Assembly: GCA_951406725.2 (NCBI GenBank)
Contig: OX597814.1
Location: 31,310,001-31,374,000 of the forward strand
DNA from: Octopus vulgaris
Lineage: Eukaryota
Length of the DNA: 64,000 bases
Direction: 5' to 3'
Part shown: piece by piece, positions 10,425 to 25,501 of the stretch
How the letters are laid out: each line of letters begins with the position of its first letter
Numbering within the stretch: the stretch's first letter is position 1
Position numbers and translations under genes: made by a program
Notes under the pieces: model-generated
What the model was told of the DNA's origin: nothing
The model's input: only the letters and a program-made list of their open reading frames with translations
The model's database searches: none

Positions 10425-11646
10425 TCAGGTCACCCCCAAAGTTCTGTCCGATTTTACCTTTTTTAAAATTGAATGAAATTTAATAGTATTTTAGAATGTC
10501 TAATGGAATTAAAAATTATTTTTATACATTTGTGTACAGAATAACAGAATTAGAATTTCTCTGATTAAAACCCTTCTAACATGGAAGTATCCAAATCCAA
10601 AGAGCATTTAAGGAGCATAATGCTTTATGAGTACAAAAAAGGAAACTCTGCAGCCGAAGAGACTCGAACACATAGACTCAGTTTATGGGAAAGAATGCTT
10701 GAAAGAATGAAATTGCAGAAGATGGTTTGCAAAATTCAGAAATGGAGATATCAGCCTTCAAGATGAAGATCGAACAGGACGTCCAGTTGAGATTGATGGT
10801 AAGCTACTTGAGGCATTACTTTAAAAAAATCCTGCATTATCAATAAAGCTTAGTTAAAACCGTATAACTGTTCATCATCATCTTCAACAACTTAGAAATG
10901 TTCCTAAACTTGGAAAATGGGTGCCTCATGAATTGTTCGAAAGCAACCGCAAATCCAGAGTTGACATCTGCTCTTCTCTCCCTTCCCGCGAACTCATTTC
11001 ACCCTTTTTGGATATGACTTGTGATAGGTCGAACGTCGAACACAGTTGCTTGGTAAAATGGAAAAAGCTCAACCACAACCGAGAAGGGAACTTCATGAAA
11101 AAGAGGTTCTTCGCTTTATCTGGTGGGATTGCAAAGGAATAATTCGCTTTGAATTGTTACCACCTAATGCAACAATCAATGCTCAAGTCTACTGTCAGCA
11201 ATTAGAGCGTTTGAACCAAGTTTTGAAAAAAAGACCCGCTTTAATGAATCGAAAAGGAATGATGTTTCATGAAGACAATGCGCGACTCCCACACTGCTAA
11301 GACCGCAGCACAGAAGATCGAAGAGCTTGATTGGGAAAATATTCATCATCCACCTTATTCTCCCGACCTTGCTCCTTCAGACTCTCATTTGTTTCGTAGT
11401 TTACAGAATCATTTGGGGGACATAACTTTCGCAAGCCAGGAGGAGTTCGAAACTGACATTTCAGATTTCTTCGTTGTGAAACCAAAAGAGTTTTACATTG
11501 ATGGGATTAAAAAGCTTGTAAATAGATGAAAGGAAGTCATAGATAATCAGGGAAAGCACATTGATGATTAAATTTCAATTAAATATAACATTTGAACACT
11601 TGTTTTCTTTATTCAAAATTGGGACAGAACTTATGGGATGACCTGA
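10425..11646 (+). mobile_element. Full-length decayed mariner (DD34D) transposon, 1222 bp
   Basis: Imperfect ~31-bp TIRs TCAGGTCAyCCC..AAGTTCTGTCC, TA at both ends, transposase remnants inside. Confidence 0.95.
10581..11529 (+). pseudogene. mariner transposase pseudogene (frameshifts, deletion around the first catalytic Asp)
   Basis: EHLRSIMLYEYKKG, WVPHEL, WWDCKGII, FHEDNAR and HPPYSPDLAPSD motifs across several frames. Confidence 0.93.
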
Positions 11647-12169
11647 TATATCGAGATAAAGTACACTCTCCACCCAGAATTCTTATTAAAGACACCACAT
11701 AAACTCTCAGAGGGGATGTGGTTTTGAAGCTTGTAAACTATCAAGTGTGAAACAGCAATAAAAGATAAAACTAAAATATGAAAGGACAACATCGATGTTG
11801 TGTACTTTCAGATCTAAAATATTTTTAACCTGATATTTCACTGAACCTGGTTTCGTTCAGAAAAAATGTAAAGATGATGTAAATGTAGAATTTTTTTTTT
11901 TAATTGAAGGGTATATGAAAAATAGGTGAATAACGAAAGTAGGAAATATTTGAGAAAAAATATTTCCGAAAACATGTGAATATTTCCTTACTTTTAAATT
12001 TAGAATTGTTAAATTATTTATTTATTAATAATATCGACGGTGACGTCAGCTACAGCAGCAGTGCTGCAGCAGCAAATAACAGCAATAAAGCATCAAATAA
12101 ATAACAACAACGATAAGAATGATGATGATGATGGTGATGATGATGATGATTATGATAAAAAATATTTCA

Positions 12170-12349
12170 TTCTAATTTTGACACAAGCCCCTTAATTTTT
12201 GTTATAGGAGTTTGGTTGATTACATCAACCCCAATAGTTGACTGGTACGTCATTTGATCGACATTGAAAAGAAGAAAAACAACAGCGACTTCAGCAGGAT
12301 TTGAATTCAGAATGCAAAGTGTCGAAACAAATTCTACATAGCGATTCCG

Positions 12350-12352
<3 letters not shown>
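12170..12352 (-). mobile_element. SINE family B, diverged copy
   Basis: GATTACATCAACCCC, GGATTTGAATTCAGAATG; colinear with 32958-33191. Confidence 0.7.
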
Positions 12353-12448
<96 letters not shown>

Positions 12449-12537
12449 GGAGGAGGAGAATAAGAATGAGAATGAGAATACTATCAACAACAACAATGCT
12501 AATGGTGCTGATAATGTCTGTTATTTTTTTGAATGCA

Positions 12538-12569
<32 letters not shown>

Positions 12570-12667
12570 TTGTGTATACATAAACGCATACGTACATGTG
12601 TGTGTATGTGTGTGTGTCTGTATGTATATATATATAATATCTATATATATGTATATACATGCATATT

Positions 12668-12698
<31 letters not shown>

Positions 12699-12784
12699 CT
12701 GTATATATATATATATATATATTCTTCTTCTCATGCGTTTACAAACACACACGCACACACACAAACACATGCACGCACGCACGC

Positions 12785-12859
<75 letters not shown>

Positions 12860-15108
12860 CACACACACATGTAAATGCATGTATATAGCCTGAAAATATG
12901 AAGAAATATCTGCGTCGGAGAACGAAATGCTTGTTTATATTTTCTGCTATGAGAATCAAGAATAGCTTGTAAATTTCTTCTTAGCATTCAAAGTATCTAA
13001 ATGTCTCCTAACGTATTTAACACGCTTCAAAAAACATCTCAGTGCTTTAGGACAAGTTAAGGATAAAGGGGGCTATGGGTTAAGCAAGTTTTTCTGACTG
13101 TTTTGAATAGAGAATATTCCTTACCAACAAGTGCTAATTTGGCATAAAGAACCCTTACAAAACTTATTGATTTTAGCTGTTTTCTTCACTGAAATAGGAA
13201 AGGGGGATAATAGTAATGGACAAACGACTACTTCCTGGATAGTGATAAGAATGCCAGTGGCGAGGTACAGTATCATTAGCCTCCAGGCATGTCACTATGA
13301 AAGCGGATGGAACTAGAAATTCTATACTTCGGTCATTTGTCACAATTACCACGAAATAAGGTATCGCGTCAGTGAATTATTGAAGAATACATTGTACGCA
13401 CCTAAAGATATGTACAATACACCCGAATACAATAACATTTTACACGCGTCGAAATATCTATTACACGTACATATGAACATAATCGCATATACACTTATAC
13501 ATATACACATGTATATATATATATAAACATGTACATAGATATATAAGCACAACGCATTGCAAACATATATTAGTTTTACAATTCGTAAACCATTTGCTTT
13601 GAAATTTTAAATCTTTAACCTTCTACATACTACATGCAACGATTCCACAAAGGCCCCAAATTTGCCAAATTTGGGAAAGGCATAAATGTTACATCTTGCC
13701 AAGTTTTCTACTGTGGTGGACCTGCTCGATTTAACCTTCAGAGCAGATTGGTACCCCACCATAGCTGCAGTCCAATGATCGAAAAAAGTAAAGAGAAAAC
13801 GATAATTATCCAATGTGTATGTTGTTTATAAACGGTGTAGTGCATTTGGAGGTAGATTAGTGTGGTACTTCTAGCAGATAGAGACAGTTTCAGTTATATC
13901 CTTTTACATTCTGAGTTTGAATCTCGTTCGAGATCACTTACAGTTTCTTTCTTCCGAAGTGAACAAAATGATAGTAGCAATCATATAATTAGGTGTATTT
14001 AATGGACTGTATGCTTGATCAAATTCCAATGTTCAAAATCAGTATTTGTTCTATATGAAAATGTAATCAACTAACAACAATAAAGTGATTTCCTTAAACA
14101 CATCTTGTGTTGATCTATCCTCTGCCCAACAAATTTAATAGTATAATTGATGCAATTATCTATGCTGTATCATTGGGTAGAACTTCTCTGGTACCTAAAG
14201 AAGAAATAAGAAATCTTTCACTATATATCACGAATTTTCTCTTGCACAAGTTTTTTCACTCTTTTCGAGTCACATCTCATCACAACTGATCATACAATCG
14301 AATAAAAAAAACTACAAAAACTGTTTCATTGTTTTACTTTTGTTCTAGATATTATCTGTCTATCGCAACTCTTCATAGAAGAATCAGATTTTTACTAAGG
14401 ATAGGAAGTGAGGTATGAATTCAGAATGCTCAGAGCTGAAAAACACACCATAATGCATTCTAACTAATGAAATGCTTTGATATTTCCACCAATTCTCTAT
14501 CATTAGACAATGTTTTATGTTCTGACAGTCAGAACATAAAGTAAAGTTCACCTTAGCAGGATTTTGAGATCATACTGCAGAGATTTAGAACTTAAACATC
14601 GACCATGAAAACATGAAAGGTAATTTGATTGATTAAGTTTGAAATCAAAGCGAAGAGATATGTTTAGAAGTTGACATCAGTCACAGATCTCATCTTGATG
14701 TGAATATAGCGTTCACCCATTTATAGATACTTCTACTATATAAGTAACAGAAATTGTCTAAAACAAATGTTTTGCTGTTGGTCTAACACAAAGAGGCTGC
14801 ATCACTTTTAAACGTTTTGCTTTTAAAAAGTTATGCTCAGTTAACAACATACATGAATAAAACCTTTATAAACAAACAAGAAAATAATTAAGAACAAAAA
14901 ATATATTTTCGCACAATATGATGTAAAATATTACAGTTATTCGGATAGGGAGTATTACCTATTTGTTTCAACTCTATTTGATTTCTTTAAATGTGATTCA
15001 AAGAAAGTTTTTCGTTCAAACATTTCCCAAGAGAAGGAACTGTGTTGTTTCATGTATTTGGCAGATATTCTAAATTTCTCATTTTACATTCCCTTTCCAG
15101 AAAAATTG

Positions 15109-15148
<40 letters not shown>

Positions 15149-16074
15149 AAGTACAAAAGAAATTCGAACAAAGAAAAATGATAGAGTTTAAAGCCTTAAA
15201 CTAAGAAAGGATTTCTGTTTCAAGATAGCTTTATTTAATTTATATATTTAAAAAAATACATACATATATACATAAGAATGTAAATCTGAAAGTTAAAGGA
15301 ATACAAAAAGAAAAAAAACAAATCATGGAATGCGATATATATACCATTCACTTCCAAAATAAATATATGTGATATCTATAATTATGAAATTGTTTATTGT
15401 ATATTTCAAATCAAACGGATTTAAAGTGTACTAGAGTTAGTATTGTTAAATAATTTACTGGAAGCGAACTTTTAAAATAAAAGTATTCATAGAAAAGTAC
15501 TTCTGGGTAATTTTGATAAAACAATAGATAATAATCTACAAGGCTATACATCCTTGCAAAAGACATATAAGCTACTTGATAAAATTCTTTATTTTTATTT
15601 AACTTTATTTTTTCGTCAAGAGAAAACGGTTTTATATAACCTGAATGCATTTTCCCTCCGTTCAGATTTAACATAAATGAATACTTATATCCCTGCGCTA
15701 ACTTGAGAAGCCTAATTTGTATAACCAGTCTCTGCACAAATCACTATGGGAACCTATGTGAATATGATATGCAGAGAGAAAAATACTCTCTCACACACAC
15801 ATATACGTATATATAGGTATTATAAATGCAAACACGCAACATATGTGTGCATATTATATGTATATGAATTTTAAAAAGCGCACCATCGCTCACAGATCTA
15901 CGCACCTACATACAAAACGATATAGTGTATACATTGTACATATGCGCATATAAATATATGTGATTGTGTCAACTGTGTGTGTATGTATGTATGTGTATAT
16001 ATATATGTATATGTATATGTGTATGTATATAAAAATATATGTATGTATGTATGGATACGTGTAGATTTGTAGTA

Positions 16075-16250
16075 TTGTTTTATATATTTTCATGCATATA
16101 GTTGCATATATAAACAGCTCATATATACTTAAATGTAAACTTCTGGAAGGTTTTACAGATTTTTACAGTTCTAGTGATAGCTTGAATCTGTAGTCTTCGA
16201 ATCAACTTTCTCCTTTCTGGTTTCGAGAATCTTAATTTATCAAGAATTTG
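16075..16250. repeat. Unclassified dispersed repeat (second copy 35770-35955)
   Basis: Shared CATATAGTTGCATAT...CTGGAArGTTTTACAGATTT...ATCTGTAGTCTT...ACTTTCTCCTTTCTGGTTT, both copies next to microsatellites. Confidence 0.7.
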
Positions 16251-16470
16251 TGTATATATATGTCTCTTCAATTTTTTAATTATTATAAATCTTCCACTGA
16301 GAAGGGAGCCTGTTTACAACATATCTTTACGGTTTCACTCACAGATTGGACTGGACTGGTAATGTAGGAATCAGCCGGTCAATTTCTCTTTCTGAAAATC
16401 CCAGTTTATCCAGATTCTCGTTTATGTATGTATGTATGTATGTATGTATGTATGTATGTATGTATGTGGT

Positions 16471-16856
16471 GGAGGCGCAATGGCCCAGTGGTTAGGGCAG
16501 CGGACTCGCGGTCGTAGAATCGCGGTTTCGATTCCCAGACCGGGCGTTGTGAGTGTTTATTGAGCGAAAACACCTAAAGCTCCACGAGGCTGCGGCAGGG
16601 GATGGTGATGATCCCTGCTGTACTCTTTCACCACAACTTTCTCTCACTCTTACTTCCTGTTTCTGTTGTACCTGTATTTCAAAGGACCGTCCTTGTCACT
16701 CTCTGTGTCATGCTGAATATCCCCGAGAACTACGTTAAGGGTACACGTGTCTGTGGTGTGCTCAGCCACTTACACGTTAATTTCACGAGCAAGCTGTTCC
16801 GTTGATCGGCTCAACCGGAACCCTCGTCGTCGTAACCGACGGAGTGCTTCCATCCA
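16471..16856 (+). mobile_element. SINE family D, full-length, long-tail variant, in a (TATG)n tract
   Basis: tRNA-like head TGGCCCAGTGG ... GTTTCGATTCCC; first ~190 bp shared with 58253-58554. Confidence 0.88.
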
Positions 16857-16994
16857 TGTATGTATGTATGCAAATCACATATCGTACATTTTCTTATGAG
16901 TACCTCCATGTCGGTTACTGGAGTGATATTTGATCACTTTATAGAATGTTTGAGTGTCGGTTTGGTGTTGTTTGGAATGAGATAACTTACCTAA

Positions 16995-17070
16995 TGGGCA
17001 GGTAGAAGCGCTTTAACCTTGGTTGGTAATCTACCTAGGAGAAGGAAATCTCCGAAATAAAACCTGAGGC
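16995..17070 (+). repeat. RTE-LINE 5'UTR-like motif
   Basis: CCTTGGTTGGTAATCTACCTAGGAGAAGGAAATCTCCGAAATAAAACC resembles the recalled RTE 5'UTR motif CTAGGAGAAGGAAAACTCTGA. Confidence 0.4.
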
Positions 17071-17943
17071 CTTGAAAGTTCCTGGTTTTGCCAATTTCCA
17101 TGTCACACCGGCAGAGGTCTTCTTGCGCCAATAGGAAGGTGTGTGTGTGTGTGTGTAGTGCAAGCCACATCCACTGAATATTATTCCTCTGCACAGGTAC
17201 TTCCCGTACTCCAAATCTTGGTAAAATCAATGAATTTGTCTATTTTTACTGTTACGACTACTACCACTAACAGCAACAATACTAAAGGTCCTCATTATGA
17301 CAATAACATGAGAAAATACTAGCTTAGCCAAGAGAAAAGACAGTAAAAATTACCTTATTTGGGGGTTTAAAGTTCTATTACTATAGCTACTCCTACCACT
17401 ACTACTACCACCACCACCACCACCAACACCAACACCAACACCAACACCAACACTAACAACAACAACAACAATAAAGGAGATGATAATTCTGATGATGATA
17501 ACTGAAGTGTAAAAATCCCTGGGAAATGTTGTTTGCCACATTTCTAAAAATAGCCTAATTACTGCCTTGGCCAGGGTCAAAATACAGGTCCCTCGACATG
17601 TTCAACAAACCGTGACGCCTAAGCCAAACACCAATCAACTTAAGTAATTTAGTAAAATCACACACTGTTTGGTCAGAATACACTCTGCAAAACTTAACAT
17701 TGTGGAGCCTATACAAATGTATTTAAGACGCAGTTTACCCATCTCACCACAGTTGTAAATCTTAAAACATAACTGTCACCACTACTACATGAACCTGAAG
17801 ATTGCATAGTTCAATGCATGAAAGTATTAGTGCAATCAGAATGGACATTTAATATTCTGTCATTTCATTAAATTATATTATCTTATATTATATTATTATA
17901 AGAGTGTAAATAAAACGTGAAAATCTTTGAGCAATGCATACAT

Positions 17944-17974
<31 letters not shown>

Positions 17975-19289
17975 TATATATATATGTATGTATATAACTT
18001 AGAATAAATATGCTTACTAGCTACGGAGAGGGTGTCAGTAAGTTTTATTTAAGTTTAGAGATCTTCTATGATGAATTCCCGGAAAGATCTACCAACGGAT
18101 ATCCTCATGAATCAGGGCCTAAATATTAGCTACATAGATCTACTGAGAATATATCTGTATGTATATTTCTTTCATTCTCCAATTTTCTCTTATGTAAATC
18201 TTATTGAACATGAGTTTCTCTTTTAGCCTCCTTCTCCTTTTCATGTTTTCTTATTTCCATTATATAATCCTTTTTACAGTTTTCTCTATCTTCCACCCTC
18301 TGCCTCTCTCTGTCACTTTCATTCTTCTCTCCATTCTTTTTCGATATCGTTGTTGTTAAATGGTTTGTTTGATAAGACACATACGATAACGAAACTCCAT
18401 ATCTACCAGAAACGTATTCCCAAATTAATCACAATTTAGGCTTACGAACTAGCTGAGATCATAGTTAAGTCAAACTTTATTACTATTCAGTACTCTCAAT
18501 TTAGCGTTCGACTTCTATTGATATTTACTTTTTATCTTTCAATGAATGTTGGTCCAAATTGGTCAGTGAATATTGGTCAATATTCGAGTGTTGTTTCACT
18601 TTTGCCTAATCTTAATACAAATTATTCAATTAAAGTCCGAAAGGCATGAGGATAGATACATTCCTCTTTGGTAGAGCTCTCATTGACTTCTTTTAGTTTC
18701 ATTTGAAAAAGAAATTGAGAGTGGAGTAGGAAGTGCTGTCCTCGAGTGAGTCTACTGAAAGGTAGGTGAAAGCTGCGAAAAGGGCAAGTGTTGATGGTGC
18801 CTGTCTAAGTGTAGAGCTGTGAACCGGAGAGAAGGAATTGGAGAGGGCACTTGGTCTTGGTGTTCAGGGAAATCTCGGATAGTGGGGTCTCTCTATTATC
18901 CCAAGCAATCATCTTTTTTCAGGAGAGCTACATTTCTATCATCCTCTCCCCACCTTTTAGAAAACCTTTGTATACTATGCGTGTCTCTTCCTTCTCATTG
19001 TATACCGTGTGTACTTATAATTTTTCTTATTATAATTATTTTATCATTTCATTATATCTAAACCCAAAAGTTTATGTCTGTCTTTTGTATTGCTCCTGTC
19101 ATCCTTCGCCCTGTTCACAAAAAATGAAGCTGTTCTTCTTCTTATTATTCTTATTGTTGTTCTTGTTGTTTCTTTTTATCTCAGGTTTTGTTGGAACTCT
19201 TGGAGGCTTGCATGCGTAGCGGGCTTGTTGCCTTCAGCCTACGGTACCATGCCATCTGTTCTTTTCAGCTGTCTAATACTTTCCTAATT

Positions 19290-19740
19290 ATTCTGTCAGT
19301 ACTAAGGAGACAAACCTATAAACTTTTTTACTGGACACTCTATTCTGATTTCCTTTAAATTCTTATTGATGCCTTCCTATACTGATCCCAAGGACCCAAC
19401 AATAATTGACACTATTTTCACCTTCTTCGTTTTCTATAGCCGAGGTATTTCGTAGTTAAGACGGTTGTATTTATCTATTTTTTCGCCTTCCCTCTTGATT
19501 ATCGTGGGTCATAAGGGTACGCAACATCAACTATATAGCGCATGTGGTGCATCTTGTCGAACACCACTAGGTCCGGTCTGATATGCACTATTACCTGATG
19601 TGTTTGGATTGGGAAATCGCAGAGCATTTTGCAAGTGTACGACTCCGCCACTCTCTGTGGTTTGTGATCATACCAAGTCTTGCCTCTCTCCAACCGCCAC
19701 GTTTCGCAGTTTCCAATGTAGCACGTTCATTACCTTATCG
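19290..19740 (-). mobile_element. R4/Dong-like LINE fragment (RLE endonuclease region)
   Basis: CDFPIQTHQVIVHIRPDLVVFDK...IVDVAYPYD, followed by IIVGSLG. Confidence 0.8.
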
Positions 19741-19808
19741 TGTCGCTTATCATCATCACCATCATCATCATCATCATTATCACCACCACCACCACCACCA
19801 CCACCACC

Positions 19809-19841
<33 letters not shown>

Positions 19842-19854
19842 CTCATCATCATCA

Positions 19855-20175
19855 TTATTATTATTATTATTATTATTTGTTTTTCTTCTTTCAATTCTGC
19901 TTCCATTTCTTGCTGAGTGTCTTCCTGGTACCTAGGGCAAAGAACTTCATTATATACATTGATTGACCATTAAAATAAACACACCAGGCTGATTGTTTTT
20001 CAAGATCAAATAAAGTTTTAACAATTATCACGTACCAGATGAAAAATCTTTCGCACTTCTTGCATGAATTGTAAGCCAGGGATCATTCCCAAATTTCGAT
20101 CATTCCAAGTGCTCCTACATTCACCAGTGTTGTAATCGACTTAAGATGGCACATATTTTCGATTTCAATGATGTG
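19855..20175 (-). mobile_element. R4/Dong-like LINE 3' end with (TAA)n tail
   Basis: VNVGALGMI-like C-terminus; 3' UTR homologous to 20355-20480. Confidence 0.7.
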
Positions 20176-20354
20176 GTGTTTAGCAGTAGTTCAGTATCAA
20201 ATGCATCAGAATATGGTCCCCCTAGCACCTACAACATTTGGAAGATTAGCCAAAACTAAGAAGCGGAGGCTATGTCCTTTTCGGTATTAGTGTTTCGATC
20301 TCTCGTTCCAGGTTTCCGTCCGTAAGCCAAAGCTAGCGTTCTTTACTAGCAACT

Positions 20355-22120
20355 TATTATTATGAGTTTTTTCTTCTTTTAATTTTGTTTCCATTTGTTG
20401 CCGAACGTCTTCCTGACTATTAGTGCAAAGAAGCTCACTGTATACATTCATAGGGTATTAAACTAAACGCACCAGATTCTTCATTTTCAAAATAAAATGA
20501 AGTTATGTGGGGAAGAAATATGGGTGGTAATCGTTCTCACATCAACACTGCTCTTCCCAGTAAGCGTGACGTACCAATTAAAACAATCGCCTGGACTTCT
20601 TGCATGAATGGTAAACTAGGGATAATTCTCAAATAATTTTCAGTTTTTTTTTCTTGATCATTCCAGGCTCTCCTACAATCACTAGTACTGTAATTGCTTT
20701 GACATGTCACATAGTTTTAATTTCAATGAGCAAATCTTTATATTTTCTGCGCTAGTCAAATTCTTTTGCCAAGATATTATGATCACACGTAATACTCATA
20801 TGAATCAATATCGTTTTGGTCTTCCACAACAATATCCAGTTTATTATCTTTTGTTGTTCGATCTATATGTACTGGAACGTCTCGAAAATCGCTATATTTT
20901 CTCCCTCACTTACAGTCTCAGGGTGGTTATTTGGTTATTATACTACTTGTCGGCAGTTTTGATTTTATAATGCCAACGTATTAACCATTATAGATATTGG
21001 CCAATTTTATATCCAGAGATTAAGTGGTCCACTGTTTCAGTTGCATCATTGCAGAACTGGCATCTTGGAGTTACTTAAATTTTCATAACATTGACTTGAT
21101 AGTTCCGAGTGAATAAGCTTTCATCTTGAGGAGCTATGAATAAGTCTTCGCGCTCTAACTTTATCCCCGAGCTTCGTAGCCACTGATGTATGTGCCACTG
21201 GCCTACATCTGCTTGTTTGCTACGGACCACATACTTACCATGCAAAGGTTTCCATTCCCACCTATCAGCGAATTACTCGTGCAGTTTTTCTTCTACCATT
21301 AACTTCACCTTCTTTGCAACAATAGTTGCCATACTCACCTCAGGTTGAACAGCCTGGGTATCATGTATGAGATGAACAGAAAAAATTTGCTCTCCTCTAT
21401 GACAGAATCGAGCTTCTTACGCCTTTCGTAATTTTCAACAAGTTTTAGCATCCGCCCATTTTTTTGCTTCATGCTATTTGGCCGGTCCAATTGCAGTGGT
21501 TTTGTAAGAGAGTTCAAATTAGATCAAACTTTGGTCTCTGGGAAGTGAAAGACGATCCACGTCTGCCATTGGGTTGTGCATCACATTGCAACTCAGCAGC
21601 CTGCATATTTCTCTGTCAGTTTTCTTCCGTGATATTCCAGTTCAACACATTGTAACTATAAGTAACAAGTGGAACTGCTTAGGAATTTATGACTAATAAC
21701 TCGTTAAGTGCATTTAGCTCAGGTTTAGAGACTGCTCGAACTCTCCTATAGCACTCCTTCTGATCTCTTTCATGCTTGCATGTTGAATGTTAGCACCTTC
21801 ATTTATTGCTAGGCGTTTGTAGATTTGTTCTTATTCAAATTTTTGTATAAATTTATCGACATCTAACACGACTGAACTTGTGGTCTCCAATTTACCTTTC
21901 TTGAAAGTGGTCTTGACACAATTATCAAAGCCAAAGTCTATTCCAATGTCACCGATGAATGCTTTGACAGCACGTAAGGGACATCCAAGCTTATTTTTCT
22001 CTTTGCCGTAAAGTTTTAAGTCAGTCATATAAAATAGATGACTTATTTTATTATCATCAATTTCATACCCTTACCCTATTCTGTTAAGTTCAATTGCTAG
22101 GGATATTAGAGCTATGCACA
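20355..22120 (-). mobile_element. Decayed R4/Dong-like (RLE-type) LINE, RT through 3' end
   Basis: HLFYMTDLKLY, DIGIDFGFDNC, zinc knuckle CQFCNDATETVDHLISG, IVGEPGMIK, TAA tail; many stops. Confidence 0.85.
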
Positions 22121-22199
22121 TTATTACCCAAATCTGCCACTGGCTAATTTAATTAGTAAAGGTGTTCTCTGAGGTTTGGCAACAGCAAACTCAAACCGT

Positions 22200-22560
22200 A
22201 CCAATACTTCTTAGGGTTCTGGAAAAATAGGGAATGAAATTTTTCTCCATGTTGAAAATACGTGTATCCATCAGTCGCTTAGGAAGCAGTGTGGTTTTTG
22301 TGCTGAGTGCACCAATTTCTCCACGAAAATTTTCAGCCTTGCGTTCCACAATCTTGCCGTCTCTTTGGGTAGATCCTCACATTTCTCAATTTTCGCAGTT
22401 TCCTTGATATCCATTCTACGATCATGCGATGTCCTTTGCTCTTTTTGTTCTGCACAATCATGTCTTGTCTCCCTACTCTAATAGTATAATCGGTTTCTAG
22501 AGAGAAATTCCATAACATGTAATTATATTTCACAATAATACCTTGCAGGTCATGCCCAAC
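22200..22560 (-). mobile_element. Further RLE-type LINE 3' fragment
   Basis: LWNFSLETDYTIRVGRQDMIV resembles LWDFxIQTDxxIxxRRPDIV. Confidence 0.65.
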
Positions 22561-22619
22561 CGCTTTTCAGTAATTTCAAATTCACAGAATTGATTATCAT
22601 CTTACTACACTCTTCTACC

Positions 22620-23078
22620 AGCACAATCGATCTCGGTGTGATTTGAACTCAGAGCATAAAGTGTCGAGAGAAATGCCGATAAGTATTTTGTCCGCTCTGC
22701 TAGGGATTCTGCTAACTTCCTGCCTTAATAATCCTTTTTACTATAGGCTCAAGGCCTGAAATTTGAAGGAAGTGGGATATTCGATTAAATGGACCCCAGT
22801 ACTCCACTGGTACTTGTTTCATCGACCGTGAAGATGAAAGGCAACGTTGACCTCGTCGAAATCTCGCAACATTAATAATACTATTCGTTTCAAATTTTGA
22901 TACAAGGCAATTTAGTGGAGGGATGAAGTCGATTACATCAACCCCAGTAAACAACTAGTACTTATTTTATCGACCCCGAAAGGATGAAAGCTAAAGTCGA
23001 CCTCAGCGAAATTTGAACTCGGAATGCCGCTGAGCGTTTTGTCCAACGTGCTAACGATTCTGCCGGCTCGCCGCCCTA
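22620..23078 (-). mobile_element. Cluster of three SINE family B copies/fragments
   Basis: Repeated TCGACCCCGAAAGGATGAAAG and ATTTGAACTC motifs. Confidence 0.85.
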
Positions 23079-24140
23079 GCCTTAATAATAATAATATTAA
23101 TAGAAATTCTGCATTATATGTGTAATATGTTATTATAAAACCGGTTAAGAAATGAAAATAATTGTTTTGCCTTTAATAGATTCCATAATTTATTTGTATT
23201 TCTACAGGAACAGTGAATCCATCTACATTTACCACTATGGAATATATGGAATATACATTCGCTTTTGACAGTAACAGCCATTCAATGTCGAAAATTAGTT
23301 TGCTAAACAGCAAGACCAATTTATCTTGAATCAGTGTATGATATAACTAGAATGTCAAATAAAGAAAGTCCCGAGGCAGTATAAAGCGTGTTGTATATAA
23401 TTTTGGTTGCTGTTACTTTTGCGATGGTGACATAATCACACCCTTTAAGTTACACTTTCTCTTTTCATGGAAATACCACACAATATTATTGCTTGCAGAA
23501 AACCTCTGTTCCTTCGAAGACAACAACTACAAAAACAACCCTATACAACAACTTGCACTGGCTTCCAACAGTTTATTCTGAAACTTTTCCACGGCAGTCT
23601 CATTTCGTTGTTATTCTAAAATTTGCAATATACAGTGCTATTGATGCAGCACTGTGAACAATATTTCGCTTGCAATCATTTCCGTTTATAGAAGACACCG
23701 CATCTTAATTGTTATACATGCTGCTGTTCGAGTGTCTATCGATTTGCAATGTTTTCAGATGGCTGATTTCACATTCCGAAGTGACTTCAGCCTTCCAGAA
23801 ATTCATGTAACTAAAGTAACTAACTTGAACTGTTCACATTATGAATGAAATATTTCGCCTTCTTAATATTTATTTTACCGTTCTACTTTCTTCTCTAGTT
23901 TACATTTCACTTGTCAAACGACTATTTCAATATTAAACTTTTCAACTTACAACGTCCGTGAGAATTTTTAACATATTTCGAGGATATTTTTAAATAAATG
24001 TAGTTGATTGCAAAGAAATACCAAAACCTAAAACGATAATACTTTGTGTGTGAGTGTGTGTGTATGTATGAATAAATAGATGTGCATGTATGGCTATGTA
24101 CATATGTGTTTCTGCGTGTGTGTGTGTGTGTGTGTATATA

Positions 24141-24397
<257 letters not shown>

Positions 24398-25278
24398 TAT
24401 ATATATGTGTGTGTGTGTGTGTGTGAATATGTGTGTGTGTCTATCTGTGTGTGTGTATGTGTATGCGTATGAGTGTCTTTATTCGTGTGAGTGTGTGTGT
24501 GTTTATGAACAAATATAATGTGCTAATGTGTTAATAGTTCCTGGAGAACTGTGTTGAGTAAAATCATAGTGTTTCTTTATGATAAGAAAATGAAAATGAT
24601 TTGCATATTGTGAAGGTTACAGTTAGGAACCGTTTCTATGTTTGGGTGTTGCCTAAAAGACCCACAAATTAATCACAAATCACGGCGATTTTAAACATAC
24701 ATAGCAAGATCCAACCCGCAGGAAAACAAATGTATTGCGCTTAGATACCTCTCTCCTACCATGAACCTATCCTACACATCCACGCACATGCACAACCATC
24801 GGTAGGGTGAGCTTCCTGCGAACGTTCTTACTCCTTTATGCTAGTTCTAGCCCACTGTTTTATTTCTTTCGTTATTCTTCTCTCCTTCCTCTTGCTTTTC
24901 CCTTTCACTCTCTCCTTTTCACTCTTCTTACTTATTCTCTCCCTCTGTCTCTCTCTCAGTTTCGTCTCACTCCGACTTAGACTGCGTCTCCACTTCTGGT
25001 GGTCCCATTTTTCTTTCTACCTGAAACTTGCCATATGAACCGACATGATTTTTGGTCGTATATAACTTTTGTTTCTCCTAGTTCTCACTTCTTTTTTCTA
25101 CACCTTCTTTCTTCGCTTTGGTAGATTTATTATCCGAAGCAACCAATTCTCATCTGGTGTATTAGGTTTCCTTATATATTTCTTTGTTATTTTTTCCAGA
25201 CGCGTATTTTCGCCCATCTGACTACGCGTGGTATATTTTCTTTGTTTCCACTTAGTATATATGAATGCATGTACATGT

Positions 25279-25321
<43 letters not shown>

Positions 25322-25501
25322 CGTGTGTGTGTGTTTGTGTGTGTGCATGTGAGTGCGTTGAAATACGTGTTTTGAGATGCCTTTTGCAAAGGTGGTCGAA
25401 AAACGATGTATGATCTTCTAGCTGCGGTCGTATGCGACTCATATCAATTCTCACACGTAATGCATGCGGTTGCTTGACTTGAAACCTTGTAAAAAATCAA
25501 T

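Noticed and set aside
16471-16545. Apparent tRNA gene (also 58480-58554 and 63340-63414)
   Set aside because: A/B boxes are present but no complete cloverleaf is evident, and each continues into a SINE body
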